A stretch of DNA of 64,000 bases from assembly GCF_009914755.1 (NCBI RefSeq), contig NC_060928.1; one strand, given 5' to 3'. The translations under genes and the position numbers were made by a program. This document shows, piece by piece, positions 37,163 to 51,430 of the stretch. The notes below the pieces were generated by a model. The model made no database searches. It worked only from the letters and a program-made list of their open reading frames with translations, and had not been told where the DNA came from. Numbering within the stretch: the stretch's first letter is position 1; each line of letters opens with the position of its first letter. Source of the DNA: the human T2T-CHM13v2.0 reference genome, Homo sapiens.

Positions 37163-38269
37163 GTTGGCTTTATAGGAAGAGGAAGAGAGACTTGAGCTCC
37201 AAAGCTCTTGCTTTCTCACCATGTAAAGAAGAAGGCCCTCACCAGTCTTGGACTTCCCAGCCCCCAGAACTGTGAGCTAAATAAACCTCAATTCTTTATA
37301 AATCATTCTGTCTTGGTATTCTATTAGAACAACAGAAAACAAACTAAGATAACCACTTAATTTTGTATTTTTAAATCTCACTTTTTCTCCCCTTTCTCCC
37401 TTATGCAGCAGAAAAAAATCATGGTAAAATAAGATGCTTAGCACATGTTGGGTATTTCAGATTGCCATTTGCCACATTTCCTTTCCACCAGGTGCCTTTT
37501 AGCTGAGGTTGCCATAAGCACTGACATCTCTTAAGCAAGTTCATAGTGGGCCACTAAGGGAGAGACACAGACAAGGCTTAAAGAAACCCACATCACCTAC
37601 CATGATGATTAAGATCAAAATCTACTTTTAAACATAAAACTGAACACGTTTTAACTAAAGAATTAATTGGCTTCATGAACATTATCTTTGTAATAATTTG
37701 AGAAAATCTAAAAGGTATGGAAAAAATGTGACAACTTTTCATTTTCTTTCCTTGTGACAACTTCATTTATTTCTTGCAGTAAAAGCAAAATCAGGCTAAG
37801 AACATCAACAGGAGTCTGGAGATTTGCAACAGTCTCTATTGATGCCTTGAAATTACTGATTATTTATTAGTTCCTGTAAAACCTTTGAAATTTTCTCATT
37901 TTTGAGATTGTAGTCCACTTACACAATATAATGAGTATATACAAGGTTTTGGTGAACCCAAAAGGCTAGTCGAAAACAAGCATGAGAAAAATGTTGCAGG
38001 AAATTGCCAAGAAAACAACAACATACTTGGCTTGTTGGAGGTTAAGGAGTCTATTGTTTGTAAGGAGGTTTCTGCTGGGTCTTTAAAAACATATACTAAT
38101 GGCCATAACGGGACTTATTTCAGTCGGAAAACTTGAAGACAAAGAATTCATTCTGTGAATGGACTGTGACTTTCTTGGGATTCCTTAGGGTAGAAAATAA
38201 ACACTTTCAGTGGTTATTTTTCCCATGAGACAAAACTGAAATATTTCAGCAGAGCATACCTTATCCTCC

Positions 38270-38695
38270 CAGCTGCTCCTCCACGCTGTGCCTGCCTCTC
38301 TCTTATCTCTTAATCCACTTCCCTCACACCCTGCGTTTCCCACACTCTGTGCAGTTCCTCAAAGTGCTGGGCGATTTTACAACTCCAGCCTTTGCCAGTC
38401 TCGCTTCCTTGCTAGGAACGTCTGTTCTCCTCTGCAAGATCACTCTTCCCTAAAGCATTCCTGACTCCCTCATTCTCATGGAAAATTGACCACTCTCTCT
38501 TGTTTGGGCCCCCATGATTCCCCATAAATATGTGTATTCTAGACCCTATGATACATATTGTTTTTGCTGGTTTATGTACCCATCTCCTTTAGTAGTTTGT
38601 AAGCCTCCTGAGGTCAGGGATCATTTTTAAGTCACCTTTGTTTCTCACCGCCCAGGGCACAATGGGTGACCTATAAAAGATGGTGAATAAATGGG
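38270..38695 (+). mobile_element. L2 LINE 3' end
   Basis: tgtaagcctcctgaggtcagggatcat...ctttgtttctc...gggcacaatgggtgacctata...aataaatg. Confidence 0.7.
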
Positions 38696-39432
38696 AGCAT
38701 ATGGCAGAGGCAATAGAAACTTGGAGCTACAGGGAATGCATAATCAACAAAAAACTAAGGTGCTGATGGCAATTAGTTCCAAAAGCAGGTGCTTAGAGAC
38801 AATGAACAGGTAAAGAAGCAAACACTGTGAGTCATGCAGAGAGATGAATGGTAAGTAAACATGACACTAAGTATTTAAATTTTTAACAATATGCTCAAGA
38901 TCCTTCCATAATTTATTATTAACATATTTTTCCTTTTTAACATTGGAGGTTGCTTAAAGGTGGTCCATACATAAAAGGTCACTTGTAATTGTATAAGCAG
39001 GTGCAGGTTCCAGAAAACTTTCCACTACATACGAAAAAGGATCACACAAAATATAATGAGCAAATGGAGATGGAGAAGAGCAAGAGAAAGAAAACTGGCT
39101 CATTTATTCGGGAAGCAACTGTTGAACCCTATAAGTCTCAAAGACTGCACCAGCTACTGGATGAATAAGGTTGATATGGTTTTTCTTCCTAACAAGCTTG
39201 CATTCCAGAGCAGAGGATGATGGTAAATAAACAAACAAGTAAACAAATTAATAGTTGACAATTTCGATAATGAGTGCCATGCAGACAATAAAGAGAGCAC
39301 GTGACAAAGCAGTGCCTGAGGGCTGGCTTTAGCTTGGCTGGTTAGAAAGGGCCTCACATGGAACTGGCACTCACGCTGAAGCCCCATTCAACAGAAGAGT
39401 TGTGGGAGCATCTGCGAGAAGAATGTTCTTGG

Positions 39433-40291
39433 TGTTGGTGAAAAGGGTCAAACTCTGTAAAATATTTGGAGAGGCTTGTTCTGAGCCAAATGTGAGGACC
39501 ATAATCCATAACACAGCCTCAGGGGGTCCTGAGGACATGTACCCAAGGTGGCTGGGCTACAGCTTGGTTTTATACATTTTAGGGAGACATAAGACATCAA
39601 TCAAGACATATAAGGTGTACTTTGGTTCAGTCTGGAAAGGTGGGACAACTCGAAGGTGGGAGGCTTCCAGGTGGATTCAAAGACTTTCTGATTGGCAGTT
39701 GGTTGAAAAAGTTAGGTTATTATCTAAACACCTGGACTCAATAGAAAGGAGGGTCTGGGTGAAGATAAGAGGTCGTGGAAACCAAGGTGAAGCCTCCAGT
39801 AGCAAGCTTCAGAGACAGTAGGTGGTAAATGTTCCTTATCAGACTTAAAAAGATGCCAGACTCTTAGCTTATTCTCTCTTGGATCATGGAAAGGGAAAGG
39901 GGTTCTCTGTAGAATGCAGACTTTCCCCATGAGACAGCTTTGCTGGGCCATTTCAAAAGATGTCAAAGAAATACATTTTGGGGTAAAATACTTCAACTTC
40001 TTTCAGGGCCTGCTGTCTATCTTGTTGGCATCATTGCTATAAACAGTCTGTTTTGTTGGCAGATTTCTGTTTTAATGTTCATGCTGGTCAGTGCCTGAAC
40101 TCCAAAGGTAGGAGGGTATAAGGAGGGATGTTCAACTTCCACTTCCCACTGTGGCCTGAACGAATGTTTTCAGGTTTCTTTGGAATGCCCTTGGCTGAAG
40201 GTGAAGGTTTCTTTGGAATGTCCTTCGCTGAAAATGGGGGGTGGGGTCCATCAGTCGGGTGGGGGGCTTAGAATTTTATTTTTGGTTTACA
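39433..40291 (-). mobile_element. MER4D/B-like ERV1 solo LTR
   Basis: aaaagggtcaaactctgtaaaatattt...ggttttatacattttagggagacataagacatc...gggcttagaattttatttttggtttaca. Confidence 0.88.
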
Positions 40292-40311
40292 TGAGCATAC
40301 GGAATGTGTGA

Positions 40312-40815
<504 letters not shown>

Positions 40816-41199
40816 CTGACTTCTATTTTATAGACAACACTTTGCCTGCTGTGTGGATACTTGATACTAGGGGGCAACTGGAAGCTGGGCAAGGCTGGCA
40901 ATAGTCCGGATGAGAGATGACGGTGGCATGAACAAGGTGCTGGGAGCAGGGAGGAGAGCATTACAACCACAGCAACTACCGGAGTAGAGAGTATGCAGAG
41001 GAAGAAAATTTCCAGAAACACTATACAAATTGAATAAAAAACAGTGTATGTATATGTGTGTGTGTGTGTGCTTGCAAGTGCAAAAGAGAGAGAGAAGCAT
41101 TACTAAGAGCAACAGCAACAGGGGGACCCAGTAGGTGTTGGGCCGTGACTACAGATCCGGTGTGAAGGTGCCAGGCTTTGCAGCTTCAAACTGCACACA

Positions 41200-41345
41200 G
41201 GCAGATTCTGCAGGGCCTTGAGCCTTGTAGGACATGGTATGGGGTTTCAGTGATCTGAAAAGCAATGAAGAATGGCTACTGACAGGTTGTAGAGGCATGA
41301 GAGCGACAGGATATATTTGACTTTGAGCAAATTGCATTTATTTTA
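41200..41345 (-). mobile_element. L2 fragment
   Basis: gccttgtaggacatggtatggggttt...gcaatgaagaatggctactgacagg. Confidence 0.45.
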
Positions 41346-42144
41346 CAGTAAGGACTGTGAACTGGTGGGTCCCAAGATGGGAGTCCAGGCTCGCCATGAT
41401 GGCATGGCTGCCAAGGGAATTTCTCCTCCTAAACACAAGGTCCACTTAGATCCCTCTGGTGGCTGAGATCACTGCTTACCTTGCGGTGCACTTAACTAAG
41501 CCCTTGACTTCTTTACAAAACTCTTAGCTCACTGAAGGCAGCCACTGCCTGTGATGTATTTTTCAAACAGTTAATAGTATTTCACACACAATATGCAAGA
41601 AATACATATTTCCTGGATGAATGTTCCACGTTACATGATCATTTTTGCCCTGGTGTGAGGAAGCTTGCCTCTTCTTCCTCTGTCCTTCAACCTCAGGTCC
41701 CCCTCTTGTTTCCCCTCCACTGAGGGTGGTGGTGGGGCTGTCTTCCCTCCTCAAATACACCTGACACCTCTGGATTGGTGGTTAAGCCTGAACATAATTA
41801 CAGTTGGGCAGCTGGTACAATTTGTTAGTACCCATCCGCCTTCTCTTGTAGAGCCCCTGGGACTCTTGTAGTCAAACCTGCTCACAGGTCTAGTGCCTAC
41901 CTCTATGCCCCCTCATCCCTGCCTGTGCCAATGCACTGCACGCCAGGCCAGTGGAGAGGTGGGACACGGAAGGAATCTTGAGAAGCTCTCAAGAACCTTA
42001 AATTATTATGTTAAGGTATACCATGCTAATTAGACTAAAGGCACGTCCCTCCACCTGGATTTGCATTTTTACATTAGGGGAAACACAGCATTAAACATTT
42101 TTAAAGAGCAGTGGCCTAGAATAGGAATGATGGGATCTGCCTTC

Positions 42145-42310
42145 TTTCAACAATGTGTATAATATAGACCTTTATTGAGTGCCTGTGTGTGCCAGGCAAT
42201 GTCGGGTACTGAGGTTGAAAAAAAGAGATAAAAATGATATGCAGTCCTATAAGGATATTTTAATTCAGTTAGGGAGACAGGTACATGGATGGATCATTAC
42301 AGTACTGTGC
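42145..42310 (-). mobile_element. L2 3' tail fragment
   Basis: tttattgagtgcctgtgtgtgccaggca...tagggagacag. Confidence 0.55.
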
Positions 42311-43549
42311 AACGTCCTATGCTTATTTCCTTCTGGAATTTATCACTATCTCCAATTCAATATACTCACAGCTTTAATTCATAAACAAAAGACCACATGT
42401 TTAATATACTGTCTTCTTATTTGTTTAGAATTGAGTTATTTCACAGATTAGTTTAGAAATACCAGTGCTATTGCATAGGATTATTTTCATTATTCAGTTT
42501 TCAAGTTTTTTATCTTGCCAGGGTCTTTAAATTCATTTATCATCCTTCTTCTTGTTTAGAATTAAACCTCCAGTTTTAATGGTATTTTTATGATTTCTAA
42601 GCAGACATACTCAGAAACTGTAATTGGAGTGTGGACCTAGGTGGAAGATGTGTGTCACCTCCAAAGTGTGAAAAATCAGCTTGTCCATTTTTACATTTTT
42701 ATTAATCTATCAAATGCTATGATTGTGAATTAAATATAACCTCTTCATTATAAGCCTTTAATTTTCTCCCCATTTTAGTGTTGTTTGTACAATTTAGAAA
42801 GGGCTATATTTAACAATATGGGGTTCTTTAATTTTTTAGCTATGAAATAAAGCATAAAAAGAAGATAAAGGTCTCTACAGGAACACAGATTATTATTTAC
42901 AAAGATTAACCACAAGCTTTCCATGTTTTCCATCCTATTTATTGTGGTCTGCAAGATAAGGTGAAGTATGCAATGGCTAACTCTTGTGTTATAGTTAATT
43001 TTAACTCTCTTATCAATAAGCAGATGCCTTTTCAAGTTATAAAAAGTGTGCCATTATTATTATCAACTGGAGAGAATGAGGTCATTGTTCTCATTATACT
43101 ATAAAAAGCCGGAGTGTAACAGAAGGGCAAAAACATACCTCAAGAAAAACACTCATGCCACCAACAAAATACCTTTGAAGCAAAGAATATCACATTGAAT
43201 TTTCCCCACAACTAAACATTAGATTCAAAGAAAGAGATTAAAAGCCCTGAAAAGAAGTGGTCTCTTAGAATTAAAGGACCACGTTTATTTTTGTGATGCT
43301 CCGTTTATTACTTGTACAGTAAGACTTTTACATGCTGATTTGTAAACTTTTCTATAAAGCAAAAAACTAGGATAGAAACATCCAGCTGAAACTTACTATT
43401 ACATTTGAAGATTTGAAATCATCACCACTATCACTATATTTGCTTCATCAAATTTAATTTTAAAGATTTGGGAAGTGGAGGCAGGCAAAGAATTATTTAA
43501 CAGTTTACTAAGAGAAAACGCCTTGGTAAGAGCAAATAGATCACTGAAC

Positions 43550-43858
43550 GGCCAGGTGCGGTGGCTCACGCCTATAATCCCAGCACTTTGGGAGGCCAAG
43601 GCAGTCAGATTGCTTGAGGTCAGGAGTTCGAGACCAGCCTGGCCAACATGGTGAAACCCTGTCTCTACTAAAAACACAAAAAATTACCCGGGCATGGTGT
43701 CAGGTGCCCGTAATAACAACTACTTGGGAGGCCGAGGTAAGAGAATTGCTTGAACCCAGGAGGCAGAATTTGCAGTGAGCTGAGACGAAGCCACTGCACT
43801 CCAGCCTGGGCGATAGAGTGAGACTCTGTCTCAAAAAAAAAAAAAAAGAAAAAGAAAA
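43550..43858 (+). mobile_element. AluSz/Sx-like
   Basis: Sense dimeric Alu with gattgcttgaggtcaggagttcgagacc and a poly-A tail. Confidence 0.93.
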
Positions 43859-43899
43859 GCATATCCTGGACGGTGGGTTGTGTGTACTGAGAATGGGGG

Positions 43900-44250
43900 A
43901 AGGATGAACGGGAGGGGCGGACAGCAGAAGAGGAGGAGCCGATGCTTTGGGCTCAATCTTTACCTGCCCCGCCTGGTCCATATTCTTGCTACCTTCCCAG
44001 CTCCCAAAATGAAAGCTCAGTTTCGACATTACCATGGGCATCTTTCTGTTGCGTTTTCCTGTCTTTGATATGGCTGCCAAGATGGAGTAATTTAGAGTTC
44101 CCTTTATTATTCAAAGAGAATAGTTCACATAAGTTTAGTTATCAACCTCCAACTCAAGTGACGGAAACGTTAAGAGGTGCTGTGACAACAGCGCACCGCG
44201 GCCCCCTGCACAGGAACAAGGGGCGGGAATTTCAGGGACTCCACTGTGGC
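43900..44250. promoter_or_regulatory. Candidate promoter/enhancer: GC boxes, kB-like sites, local CpG enrichment
   Basis: GGGGCGG ~43914, CCCCGCC ~43967, GGGGCGGGAATTTCA 44220-44234, TGACGGAA ~44159, gcgcaccgcgg. Confidence 0.35.
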
Positions 44251-45917
44251 TGCTGCATCTACCTGCTGGCTTCCACTCCTTGCCCCACTCCCCCATCCTC
44301 ATCAACACCCACTAATTTAACTCTATTGGAAATCATCCTCCTGGTTGAAGTGTCATATGCAAACCTCAGACCTAAAATCAGCAGATGTATTATTACCGGT
44401 CTCCCTTGAGAACTGGTTAAAAAACAACAACAAAAATGAGAACAAAACCTGAAAGACTTAGGAGATCTATAGGCTTTAACGGGTATTAAGTTCTGGAATG
44501 GGAACACGGAAACGTACAGAACACCATTTCAAGAACATCCTTCCTAAAGGAATGAGTTCATCCACTCAGGACATTTTCAAGGCACTCTTAGCCTAACTTT
44601 TAGACGTTTCCTTCCACTTTAAGCACGTTATATTTTTCTTTAGTCCTCGATAATGTGACCTCTGGTTCTGGTCTCAGAGAACGCTAGTCAAGCTGTGGCA
44701 CCATCGGGTTTTAAAGTCTGCTCCCAATTTTTTATCAGATACTGTACTATGAAAATTCTAGCTCTTTCTTGATAAACATGCCTTTTAATTTATCTTACAC
44801 AGGTGCTGAGATTTTTCTTTTAATGATAAAACAGGGTTGGCTCTGAAATACCAACTGTCCACAAACCGGTTTCAAATGGCATGATGTAACTAGGCTTTTT
44901 GCCATGGGTCTCTGTGAACTCTCGCCCAGGAAATGCAGGTTTTGATATGTACAAATTGCCAAAGGAAATTCCAGAAGGCCTAGAAAGCCTAAAAAATGCA
45001 GCCATATTTAAGAGTGTTTTCTGTTTTCTAATTCTTGCATTGGTTTCTGTGGTTAAAAGATTCCTGTCACCAGCCAGTTGTCATTGTAAGATACTGATTA
45101 CCAAGGAGTGGCCGGGGTTGCTAGCGTTCCCTGAGTACCAGTGCTGAGATTAAATGTGCCAGTGTTCCCAGCCTCTCAGCAAACAAACCAAGCGCAGTGT
45201 TTACCAGGAAGCTGAAATGGAGAACCTGTCCCAAATCAGACTTAATTTCATTTAATTCACTTACCCTAATTGTTAGTAAGAAGACTGAATTTAAATTAAA
45301 CACTTTGCCTTGGAACTGGGTTTTACTTAAATAGAACTGTCCCTCCTATGGAAAACAAGTATACACTCACATGCATATTGCACTTAATGCACATTCAATT
45401 TTGTAAGGGACATGAGCCCCATTCAAGAGCGTCATGTTTCTTCCTCCTGTTTCTTGTTCCATCCTATACAGTGGAGGTAATAACGGATTCGCTTGCTTTA
45501 GTTCAAATCATTAGAAAGAATTATTTCTAGGCAAAACAGAGACAGTTTCACCTCATTTCTCTTTTTTCTCCATCTCAAAATTGACAGTTCTAATCTACAT
45601 AACAAATTATACTTTATGACAAGCTACTTGTTTCCTATCTTGAATATTGTCTTGAAACCTCAGTAAAACTCGTAGATTACTGCCACCTTGCAATTTATTT
45701 TATCACTATTGCTACCATATCCTGAATTGCCAGCACCAATAAATGTACATTTCTTAATACAAATTGCTTGTTTCAGTGTGCATTCTATGCCCAAGCATTG
45801 GCATTACAGAACAAGGGAATAAAGGCAGGACTCTGAGTTATGAGAAAATAATACTCACAGTGCTCTAATGAGGAGAGATCTCCTTCAGGAGTAACGCAGT
45901 GTATACTAAAATATTGA

Positions 45918-46238
<321 letters not shown>

Positions 46239-46779
46239 AGAAGGTTTATTTTAAAGATGAAAATAGAACTTCCTATTAGCAAAGGGCTAAATAACTTTTA
46301 GCTACTTTAGGCTTTGAGTTATGACAAGATGATCCCTCTTCACCTGATATGAAAACAGGCACGAGTAGAGAGAAAATGCACCAGGGTGGACGGACTTCCT
46401 GTCATGTCTGCAAGATCTATGTTTGCATATCTTTTATTTCATTTTCATCTATAATACAGTAGGTGGACAATCTTAGTCCAAGAAGTCAGAGGGAGGAATG
46501 ATCACATTTCTTGTTTAAGTCAGCTCAAATTTGAGTTCAACCATTGGACTGACAGGAAATGAAACCCAAATCATCACTGCTTGTTTGCTTCCTTGAGCTC
46601 TATTCCTGTCATGCAAAGGTCCTGACACCGGTCTAGGCTAGGATTGAAGGGAGGTCCCAGGCATTAGGACAGATGTAGTCCATTATCGACTCTCTCTAAA
46701 TTACCTTCAGGTCTGGGGACTCTACTGCTTGTTGCCATACTTGGCTCTGGGAGTCCCCAGAGAGGCTGGGGCACCTACA

Positions 46780-46793
46780 CCTCGAGGGGGCAC
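46780..46793 (+). promoter_or_regulatory. CTCF-like motif
   Basis: CCTCGAGGGGGCAC versus the CCASYAGRKGGCRS core (12/14). Confidence 0.35.
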
Positions 46794-47031
46794 CGTCTCT
46801 AGGGGCATTACACAGCTAACCCTCAGGGGTCCCACCAACTATTCATAGCACAAATAGTGTCCCAGCTCTATCTCATCTGTTAGAAAATCTCTCCCTCTTG
46901 AGGCCTTTAAAGGCCAAGTCCTTTCTTCCCTTCCTTCGGGACATTCCCTAATCTCAGTTCATTTCAGCCTCCATAAAAGACAATAAGTGCCTCTAACTTC
47001 CAACAGGAATTTAGTTAGAGGGGTAGAGTAA

Positions 47032-47390
<359 letters not shown>

Positions 47391-48128
47391 GAAAGCTTCT
47401 ACTTTCTAAAAGACACCCCAGCTCCTAAAATTTCAAGAAGGAGGGATTAGTGCTAGGTTGAGGGGCGTGGAGGGAAAAAACGAAGACGACACAGACAAAT
47501 GAATATTTTAGTAAATTGCCTCACCACTATTTAATATCATGAGTGTTGGCTAAGCACCACGTTTTTTGTGCCACCACCGGTTGTAATTTTTTTCATGTTG
47601 TGCCCTCTCTGTAAAGCCTGTTTAGGGGAATAGAGAAAAGCTAAAGGTGTTCGGCAAAACAGTGACAGGGACGCTGTCTCCATCACCAGGGGCAAGTCAT
47701 GCTGTGTCAATATTCTACCAAAGAGTATTATTTTTGAATCAGTAGAGAAAAATCCCTTGTCTCAGGCAGTGGTTGGACACTTTGTCAGCTATAAATCACA
47801 TGTTCGTTAAGTTAGCACAGAATATTCCACTTTAAATACAGGGTAATGAAGACAAACAGAATCCCAGGGGTTCAACCTGGAGGAGAAACAATGCTGATTT
47901 TATGGAGCATATGAGAAATACACAATCGCAGCAAACTTCTGAACGCTTGGACTGTTGGCCAAGAACTTGCCTTTGGTGGTGAGCAAGTGAAAACTGACCA
48001 GAACTCTGCCTAGTGTGGAAGAGGAGAGTACCACATCAACAAACCAGGCACTGGAATGGGCAGGTGGTTTTCTATTCCAAACAGCAAACTCTAAGAATAG
48101 CGATCTTATAAATAATTGAGAGAAAATA

Positions 48129-48223
48129 TTTTCTTAATCTTTCTGACTCACTGGAGAACTGCATTGTGACACTTTTTCTTAATCTTTCTGACTCACTGGA
48201 GAACTGCATTGTGACACTTTTTC
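48129..48223. repeat. Perfect 45-bp tandem duplication
   Basis: 2 x ttttcttaatctttctgactcactggagaactgcattgtgacact, bounded by ttttc microhomology. Confidence 0.95.
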
Positions 48224-48669
48224 AGGTAGGAAATGTATTCAGTTGGTAGGAGGAACTGGAATAACTGCAGGTTAAACAAATACAAGGTTTATTTTTTTCT
48301 ACTGAAAACAGTAGATATAGGCAGATCAAGACTTTTCTGAAGGGCCCACTGTATGACCCCTGTCTCAGTCTCCTTCTGTCTTTATGCTGCTACCCTGGGC
48401 ATATGCCCTCATACTTGGCTCCTACCAGATGGCTGCTGCACCCTCAGCTCCCACACGCACATTCTAGCAAGAAGCAGCAGCCAACAGGTCAAGAGCAATA
48501 AGGCAGATGCGAACATTTCTTGAAGCCTCACTCATTCACCAAGCTGGCTGAAACAGATGCTGGAAAATGTAGTTGTCACTTGTGCATGTTGTCATTTCTG
48601 ATGCAAATGGGGTTCTCTTACTAAGAAAGGAAATTTGAGTTTGGGTAGGCAAGTGGAGTGTCTGCCAGA
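48224..48669 (-). mobile_element. MLT1J-like MaLR solo LTR
   Basis: ggttaaacaaatacaaggtttattt...agatggctgctgcacc...gctggaaaatgtagt...ggggttctcttactaag...tgggtaggcaa. Confidence 0.65.
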
Positions 48670-51234
48670 GTCACCAGGCAGGGAGCAAAGTCTCATAGAC
48701 AAATCCATGGAATTGGGAATCACTGAGCCTCATTTCTGCTTTGACTCTGCAGATTTAGCAAATTCCCCAGCTGCAAAAGGAAAATTCTTTTTCTAATTCC
48801 AGGAGAATGGATTTCTCGAGGAATAATTTAAAGGTGTCAGTTAATTTATTAACATTTTCTTCAAATAAAATATTCCCATAAGATGCAACCGTTCTTTTAT
48901 GTATATAAGTTTAAAGAGGATAAAAAGTTGAAAAATCTTTCTTAATTGTTTACTGAGGGAGTAAGACTTTCAACCAACTGTACTGTAAATTAGAAATAAA
49001 ATAATTATAACAACTAACCACTACAGTAATTTACACTGTTAACACTGCATTTTCAAACTTATTGGGCCATTGTATGCTCTAAACTTCTGCTTTTATCTGC
49101 CTTTTAAGTGAGGAAAATGTTATTGTCGTTATCTAGAGCTCACAGATTGAGATCTACTGCAAATAAACATGAATGAAAAGTTGGGTTCCCTGCGTAGGGG
49201 AATTGCAGAATTCGTGAAATCTTCAGGAGACGAGACACTGCAGTCTGACATAACACAGCCTGACCCAAGGGGTCGCACAGAAGACTGTGAGCTCTGAGCC
49301 CTGCATCTCTTCTTTTCATGACCCAATGCGGGCATCCCAACTACCCAGACAAAGGAGGCTTATTTGAAATAATTGGCAGTCACAGCCACGTTTTCAGTGT
49401 TATGTTTCAAACTGTTTGTCTCTGATCCTGTTTGAACTTTGATGACAATATCTGTGTCTCTAATGAGACCGAACTGCTGTCAGCATCTGAAAACGCTGCC
49501 CAGTTCCTGTCTGAGGTTGGCACGTTGGACGGATGCTGCGCTCGTTCCTCAGGGGGAACCATGCGGCTCCGGCTTTGCTCTCTCAGGCAGCTTCTGCAGT
49601 GAGTGCGCAGGTCGTGAGGGCTGCCCGGTGAATCCTGGGACTGGGCCTTGGGAGAGTTTTCAGAATCCACCTTTGGTGAGGTGATGTGATGGGAAGGAGC
49701 CCACTGCTGTGCTTTTACAGACCCAGTGTCAATCAAGGATTCCTTTTTTTTCTAAATAATTCCATGAACATTAAGGAAAGAAGCCACATTCATTCATTTC
49801 AACTTTCTGAACACCTGCTATGCCTCCATCACTGTGCGAGGATTTGAGGAGACAGGGTTAGATGGCATTGGTCACTCTCTTTAGCTTCTCTCCATATGCA
49901 CAATAGTGATTACTGGACCCTCGGGCAAGTTTCAGGGAGTCAGATGAAATAACTTCCCAAATACAAAGTTAATGCAACTATCAAAAAGCAATTAGTATGC
50001 ACCTTTGAATCAATAAAACCACACAGAGTCTATTCCCCTGTAATCAAAACAATGTTTATGTCTCGTCTTTAAATAGTGTACATGTCAGGCACTTGACAAA
50101 TATATTTTAAAAGTGAATTTTGTTTTTTTTGTACCTTAACAAAAAGTTAGCCAGGTGAAATCCTTTTTCATTCTTAACAGTGTATTTCAAAATATTCACG
50201 TTTCCGAGAATACCGAGGACATGAAGCTCAGAAAAACACTAAGCCCATGAAACAAAGAATCCTTAGAGCGAAAATACAAATCAGCAAAAGATGGATTTTA
50301 CAAATGGAAACACTAAGAGAGCTTAGGTAACTACAAGTGCTATGAGGAATGCCTGGGCCCTCCAGAAAGCCCAGCACAGCTTCCCTTTACTTACATATAA
50401 TGCCTAGCGAAGGAATAAAATTCAGGGATGCTGTAATTAGTGGATGCTAAAACCCACACTCACAAGAAAAATACAAGAGCGGAAATGCTAAAATTCTCAA
50501 GACATGCAGGCAGTGGTTTCCTGCTGAAAGAGGTTTTGCAGTTCTTCCTTTCCTTGCCTTCACTAATGAGGAAATGTCCTCTATGACAGCAAGTCTTTCT
50601 CTCTCCACCCAAAGGCTGTTCTGTAGCTGACCGGCATATTGCAGGTCCTGTGAAAGGTGGAGATCGTTTCATCTGAGTCACTCTTGCTTGGAAATACACC
50701 TGTTCCCTAATGTGCAGCCCCTCGGTATTGTGCTGGCTTTCTAGATCTGAGTTTACATTTCCCTGTGCAGAATACCTTGACAAATGGCAGCTTTCTGTGA
50801 CTGATGACAGTGCCTGGTTTGTATGAGATGTGACCTCCTTCTCTCAGGACTGTCATCCATCTCTAATGTCATACTGCTCATCAAAGCAAACCATACAGAC
50901 TTTCTTTGGAAAACACTGAAATTGGCATGCATTTACTTTTAAACATTTATTTTCTCTTTTTAAAAACTTTACGTGTGTAAATTTAGGAGGTAAAAGTGTT
51001 ATATTAAAAAATACAATGGATTTGAAAAATACATCAATTTGTCATCATGCTCTAGCCTCATTTTCATGTTCTGAAGGCACCCTTAATAGAAACTCTGATT
51101 TTGTTTGTATCTGGGGAGAAATCCAGGGGAAAGAAGAGAAATTCCATGAATCCTCCTACAGGCAACTTTTATCAGAGGCGTGTAACATACAGTGAATGCA
51201 GTTAATTTGGGCAACTGGTGCATGATTTATAGCT

Positions 51235-51430
51235 TTGAGGATCTAATCTAATCTGGGTCATTCCTCTTATTAGAGGTGTGACCCTGGGCAAACCACACGC
51301 ATAGCCTTAGCTTCCATTTTCCTCCATCTGTACAAGGGGGATACTAACACCTCCTTGGCAGAGCTGTGGGAATTTCACAAGATGCACGTGCCAACATCTG
51401 TGCGCGTGGAATGCACTAAATATCAGTAAA
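51235..51430 (+). mobile_element. MIR SINE
   Basis: gtgtgaccctgggcaaacc...ttcctccatctgtacaagggggatactaacacc. Confidence 0.7.

Larger units (their letters stand above)
35523..37351 (+). mobile_element. MSTC/D-like MaLR LTR hosting two younger LTRs
   Basis: gctatggtttgaa...ggggcctttgggaag | THE1 | taactaggattatataaggtc...ggactggtggc | MER11 | tttataggaagaggaagagagac...aacagaaaacaaactaagata. Confidence 0.85.

Noticed and set aside
39402-39821. 139 aa ORF
   Set aside because: It is antisense to a MER4 LTR.
49407-49736. 109 aa minus-strand ORF
   Set aside because: Non-ATG start, no recognisable family, and no clear splice boundaries.
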